A DNA stretch of 62,930 nucleotides, the filler included, from Folioceros fuciformis (taxonomy: Eukaryota), in assembly GCA_049999805.1 (NCBI GenBank). It is 7 parts of 7 records of this genome, joined end to end, with 100 filler letters (N's around TTAATTAATTAA, not from the genome) between each part and the next. Parts side by side here need not be neighbours in the genome. Positions count along the whole stretch, not along the records: positions 56,418 to 60,598 come from JBNGIO010003582.1; positions 60,699 to 62,930 come from JBNGIO010003588.1; 5 more parts are not named here. One strand, given 5' to 3'. Shown here one piece after another: positions 57,761 to 62,930 of the stretch (positions are counted from its first letter, which is position 1; each line of letters begins with the position of its first letter). A model generated the notes under the pieces. That model made no database searches and was not told the origin of the DNA. It worked only from the letters and a program-made list of their open reading frames with translations. Position numbers and translations under genes: made by a program.

Positions 57761-59002
57761 GAATGAAATCACCAACATCTATTTTATGTCAAAATGGCTT
57801 AGACAAAATGGACACAATTTCATGAGAACTCTTGCCTTAAATCCTTCCTTAGAAAGAAGATGTCCTTTCAAGGAAGTAGTTAGGTAGACCACGGTACAAG
57901 TTATAAAGTGTCGTGTCCATGATGAAAATTTGTCCTGTGGACTTTAACAAAATTCTTCTTCTTTTTTTATTCAACTTGAAGTTTGCTTGCGGAATTCGGG
58001 ACAGGAGGGTGCCAAGATAGGAGAATTGTTTGTAAGACTACAAGTGAAATAATTGTTATTTTTAAATTGAATGTATTTTTATTAATATTTTTTATTAATA
58101 ATTTAGGTGGATGAGGTTTGGTGTTTGAAAAGAGAGAAACCGGCCCAAATCTAGACATAAATATGGTAAAAGAAAAGAAAATAGAACTGGCATTTGATGT
58201 TATGGGAATAGAGTGTGCAGAGAGAACTGAGATAGCATAGTAGGACAAGGAGGCGAGGAAGAGTGACATGAACTGAATCATGAAGCTTGGGCAAAAGAGG
58301 CGGGCAAATGAGAGGGACCAAGTAATGCGGAGAGATTCATAACAAATTAGGCTCGCCATTGAAAGGACGGTGGAGCATGTGTGAAGATTTGGGGGGAATA
58401 GATGAAGGCGGCGAGCTGGAAGAAAGGACGGTTGTTTCCGGGGAGGCATGAGAAGAGGAGATGAGCTTGGATTCGGCCCGGTTTTTCATGGCAGGGCAGT
58501 GAAGAATTGACCTGGTATTGGAAGCACTTGCTGGACTGACTGCGTCGTGCTAAGCCTTGCTGGAACATCGCAATGTTGTGCTGGAGATGTCTATTTTTAT
58601 CTGGCAACCGGATGCCTGGAAGAGTTATTTTTGAAGCTTCTTGACTCCAGATGTATTGGCCAGATCTATCCACTGTTCCCGCGGCCGATGGAGGGGATCC
58701 ACAGGCGGGGACAATCAATTTCTGGCCTTGTTGTGGATGAATAAGAAGTTGCGTCAACTTGAAGTTGTCTCTGCTGCGGATGGTGTGTGACATGCTTGTC
58801 ATTCTGCAGATTCTTGACTGGTTCTTGTTTGAGGTGGAAGAATCAAGATCGGATCTACAGCGGCGGTTTCTTGCTCTGGAGATCACATGAGTCCGATCTA
58901 CGTTTCCTTGGAGGCAATTGTTGGAGTGTATCGTCTGGTAGCTGTATCGTGCACAATCCGGTGTTGGACTAGGTCGTGGTGACGCGTTGCAGTAGCACAC
59001 AG

Positions 59003-60044
59003 ATGGCTGCAGCCGTACGCGCGCACCGTCCGGTGTGGAGTGTTGGCGATTTCTTCCCACCCCAGCCGTTGGAGATCCCTGAGTCTCCGCTTCCAGCTGC
59101 GATTGCGCACCGTCTTTGGGGAGATGAGTGCGACACCTGCGGCTTCTCGGCTCCGTCTCCTGTCGCCGTCCCGGCAGAGGCTCATCTTGATGCTTCCGAC
59201 GCGGATCACACGCTTCTGGCTGCGCAGCGGCTTGTCCAGGGAGGCCTCGTCATGGCAACTATAAATGGCTACGTTGTGTGCCTGGCGGATGCGGACCGGC
59301 CAGATCTGCTACCAGTGCTTGCCAGCATTTCGGGAAGGTACTGGTCTTGCAATTTCTGTGCGCTGGAAAGCACAAATTGTGTGACAGGCTTCCAAAGTGT
59401 TCGACGGTGCCCGTGCTTCTGTCGTCGTCCTGGTGCAGGCCTCAAGAGGAAGCAACTCTGTTGTGTGCGCCAGAATGGGTATCCGAGCATGTCGATATGG
59501 AGGCACTTGCCAAGTCCCACAGTTACGCTAACATCATGAAGTTCAACCAGGATATGACCAGCCTGAATCCCGTGTTGCTTGGCCTCAAACTTCCAGCCAA
59601 CGCTGAGTGCGGGGCTCCACAGCACTTGGTACACGACGGAGTTGTCGTCACCATGTGGATGGAGCATAAGGCCATCAGGTGAGCACAGCTTCTGCCACTG
59701 CTGAAACATGCTGCCCGCCAGTACTTGTGTCCTCTACCTGCGTGTGCAGCTGTTTAGGCTAATACACTTTCCGGCTTTGGTTCAGAGATATTTTCACCCA
59801 CGTCCGATACTCTGGAGAACGTGCTCTCATGGCAGTCCCGGTTTCCTCCTCTGACTTCCAGGAGACGCTGCCGAGTCACGGCATTCGCCTCACCTTCCTT
59901 CACGACTCGCTGCCTCACTCCTCCCCACACAATGCCACTCTTCTGGACTTCAGTGGAGAGCGCCCACTTCTTACAAGCCAGGGTGCCACGTCTGTCGACG
60001 AAATTCAGCAGCTCCTGCTCAGATGGAACTTGGGAAGCGTGTGA
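59003..60044 (+). CDS. Divergent YrdC/Sua5-fold protein (~294 aa); exons 59003-59337, 59388-59678, 59786-60044
   Basis: 'LLAAQRLVQGGLVMATINGYVVCLADA' resembles 'AA..L..GGLVA.PTETVYGL.ADA'. C-terminal 'ATLLDFSGERPLLTSQGATSVDEIQQLL' resembles 'STIVDL....P.LLRQGAIS.EEI'. GT-AG introns (50 and 107 nt) keep the frame. Confidence 0.6.
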
Positions 60045-60989
60045 ACAGCAGCAGAGCAAGAAGATGGAAAACCCACTGAGGTCAGCCTTCACCGTCTCGT
60101 ACACCACCCGTAGTGTGAGGCTGTGTAAACATCAAGACGATCAAACGGACAGAGAAAAGCGTAAACTGCGACACACAGGATTGAGGGGTGTGTGTGTCCA
60201 AAAATTCCAAACACATTTGTGCGTGTTGCTTTGTGAGAAAAAAGCGGCGTGCCGAATCTCAAACTCCCAAAAATACGGATAAGTCGCATCCGGGGCATTC
60301 TTTGCTCTGTCAGTCTGCCATTGTGTCGATAACTTGTGCTCAGAAAGGTTTGATTGGGTGTCCTTGAAGCCTCTACCATCGCTCTGGTCCATGAGAGTGA
60401 GCTTCGTAGATTGCATCCCGGCCAAGAAGTTGGAAGGTCGGTCTTGGAGGCATGGTGTCTCTGTGCGAATGGCATGTCACGGGAGGGGCAGTTCTGGCCC
60501 AAGCAACATCCAGCGGAGGGGAAACCTGCAAGTTACTTGCTGGGCGGCTGAGTGCTCTTGTTGTTGGCATCTCTGGAACCAGCAGCAGATGCAGGAGCNN
60601 NNNNNNNNNNNNNNNNNNNNNNNNNNNNNNNNNNNNNNNNNNTTAATTAATTAANNNNNNNNNNNNNNNNNNNNNNNNNNNNNNNNNNNNNNNNNNNNTT
60701 TTACACTTTCATGTAGCTTGGAAAAGACCATGTCATCTCACATTCAAATTGTAATAGGTTTTGGTAGCTCTTGCATTTATTTGTGAAGGCTTTAGATCTA
60801 ACATGTATTCGCCTTCTGGGCACGCTCTGCTTGTTAACGTTAAATACGCTAGGACATCGTTACACACGAAAGGCTTCTAAAATCACATATTTTGAGGTAT
60901 TTTTCTATTTTAGTTTCTCATAATGGAGCTACTAATTGAGAGGTAAGTGCTTAGGTTTCTGCAATAAATTTAGCATACCAATTTCTGCT

Positions 60990-62290
60990 ATGACCATAGA
61001 TCGAATTTTCAAGAAGGAAGATGAGCTAACTGTAAATAGAGTAACCTGAAGGCTTTATAGAAAAAAAGAGATGGGAAGTTTCATCTACCTCATGACAAGG
61101 GGAACAACCTGCAATGGGGAAAAGCAAAGAATGGGGGCTAACCCCCTCGTATCCTTATTCTAAAGATTACGTTCATCTTAAGGTTGAAGAGGCTTTGTTT
61201 TCATAGTTTGTGATGATGGAAGCAAATGTCACTATCTCTAATGATATGTTGTATGAAATGGGAAAACAATTCAATGATAGGTTACCAGAAGCAAAAAAAT
61301 TGGAAAAACCACTAACATTTTCTCATGGTAGGGTGGCAAAGTTTAAGTATCTATGTGAAGCATGGAAAAGCTGCAAGTGCTGACANNNNNNNNNNNNNNN
61401 NNNNNNNNNNNNNNNNNNNNNNNNNNNNNNNNNNNNNNNNNNNNNNNNNNNNNNNNNNNNNNNNNNNNNNNNNNNNNNNNNNNNNCGTCATAGGTGGTCC
61501 AAAATAGAATGGAAGCTATTAAAAGTATCATGCGAGGATATGAGTCTCAAAATATTTTTAATATGGATGAAACAGGGTTGTTCTATAGGTTGGAACTGAA
61601 CAAAATATTGGTAATGAAAAGGCTGACTGGGAAGAAAACTCTTAAGGAAAGGCTAACTATTGCATTGACAGCCAATGTAGATGGTAGTTATAAATTACCA
61701 CCCTTCGGGATCAACAAATTCTTGAGGCTAAGAGCTTTTATAAGTCACAACATTAGACAATTGGAGAATATGAGTATTCATTAGTCAGCAAACCTAAATG
61801 CTTGGATGTCAGTACCTTTATTTGAGCAATTTATTTTCTTTTTTGATATGATCAAGAGAGTTAGGGGCCGTACTAATGCCTTGCTTCTTTTGGATAATGC
61901 TGCTATTCAAAAACTATCAACTGAGACACATAGTAGGCTTTAAATTACAAGAGTTGATTTTTTTTTTTCTCTCTTAATGTTATGGCTCGTTACCAACCCA
62001 AGGATGCAGACATTATATAGTCTTTTAAGACTACTTATAGGAAAAAAGCTCATTCGACATCTAAACCAAGAGATTCAAAATGGTAATTGTCCTCTTATTG
62101 ATATATATCATGTTGTACTTATGTTGGAAAAAGCTTGGCATATCGATGTTAAAGGGAAAATCATTAAAAATTGTTGGAATCACTTTGGGTTATTGCAAGA
62201 GAGAGCAAGTGGTAGTGTGTTGGATATAAACTTGAATCAACTTAGTTTTGAGACATCAAATACTGATAGTGATGATGAGTAATAGTAAGA
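60990..62290 (+). mobile_element. Decayed pogo/Tigger-like (CENP-B HTH + DDE_1) transposase
   Basis: 'IFNMDETGLFYR...KERLTIALTANVDGSYKLPP', 'NAWM', 'LLL.DNA', 'IKNCW'; multiple stops and frameshifts; AT-rich. Confidence 0.85.
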
Positions 62291-62930
62291 CAACCAAGCA
62301 ACACGTGAAGATTTGTTCAATAGAGATTACATAGAAATAAAAATACTTCTTTTATCAGCTGAGGAATTTAGGAAACAATAAAATTGACCCCTACTATATT
62401 TGCACAAGAATTTGTTGATTATGAGATGACAAATACATGTGCTATCTTTTCTACTCCGGATGTAGATGATATATATGGGCTTTTGTTCAATCTCCATCCG
62501 AAAATGAGGTTGCCAATGTTAAAAATTCTTCTAAAGAATATTATCAAGAAAGGCCTATTTTGCGTCGTGCTCAAGTGGAAGATGTGATTGGGGGTCATAT
62601 GCATGTTTTTGGAGCAATAACTAAATGATATGATGTCTACAATTAGGAATTTGCAACAAATTGAGAAAGAAGTTTTAAAGCAAGTTAGGTCCTCTTTGAA
62701 ACTAGTAGAAATAAGGGTTCCAATGCCCTTACTGACCAAGGGGGACCAGGCTTCTATAGTGGATGTGGTGGTCACAAACTCCACTCAGACAACCATCAAC
62801 GAGCACGTTGTTATCAACCCCCCTTAGTTGGGCAATAGAAGGAAGCGGGACAAGAAAGACTTGCAAGTACAGGCCCATGCAGTAGGGTCACTTGTTCATC
62901 CCCCTTGCTATTGAAACACATGGGGCCATG

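Noticed and set aside
23293-60698. Recurring TTAATTAATTAA motif as a biological element
   Set aside because: Always embedded in Ns with identical geometry, so it is an assembly linker. Adjacency across these points is not evidence of linkage.

Overview
Eukaryotic nuclear DNA from a gene-dense, short-intron seed-free land plant. A hornwort fits best, inferred from the WW-type PLS-PPR genes, the ~50-130 nt introns and a flagellar gene. The window is about seven contigs joined by artificial N-TTAATTAATTAA-N linkers. Recognisable genes: GT61 glycosyltransferase, NhaD antiporter, ClpR2, COBRA, SIS/PHI isomerase, condensin CAP-G2, SEC31 (truncated), two paralogous PLS-PPR genes (one giant, ~1,900 aa), Yippee, an FAD monooxygenase, DUF1138/OZI1, FAM183/CFAP144 (not shown whole in the ORF track), plastid RRF, a class III peroxidase (truncated), a divergent YrdC/Sua5-fold gene and a pogo-like transposase relic. 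Main signals: (1) many intergenic spacers contain frameshifted PPR relics; (2) the two live PPRs share end caps but differ in the number of central 312-bp P-L-S modules and carry a dead or absent deaminase; (3) an inverted COBRA fragment lies in COBRA's own 3' region and could base-pair with its exon 4; (4) the YrdC-fold protein lacks its catalytic motifs; (5) the peroxidase lacks a conserved disulfide. All calls come from reading motifs by eye; no database searches were run.
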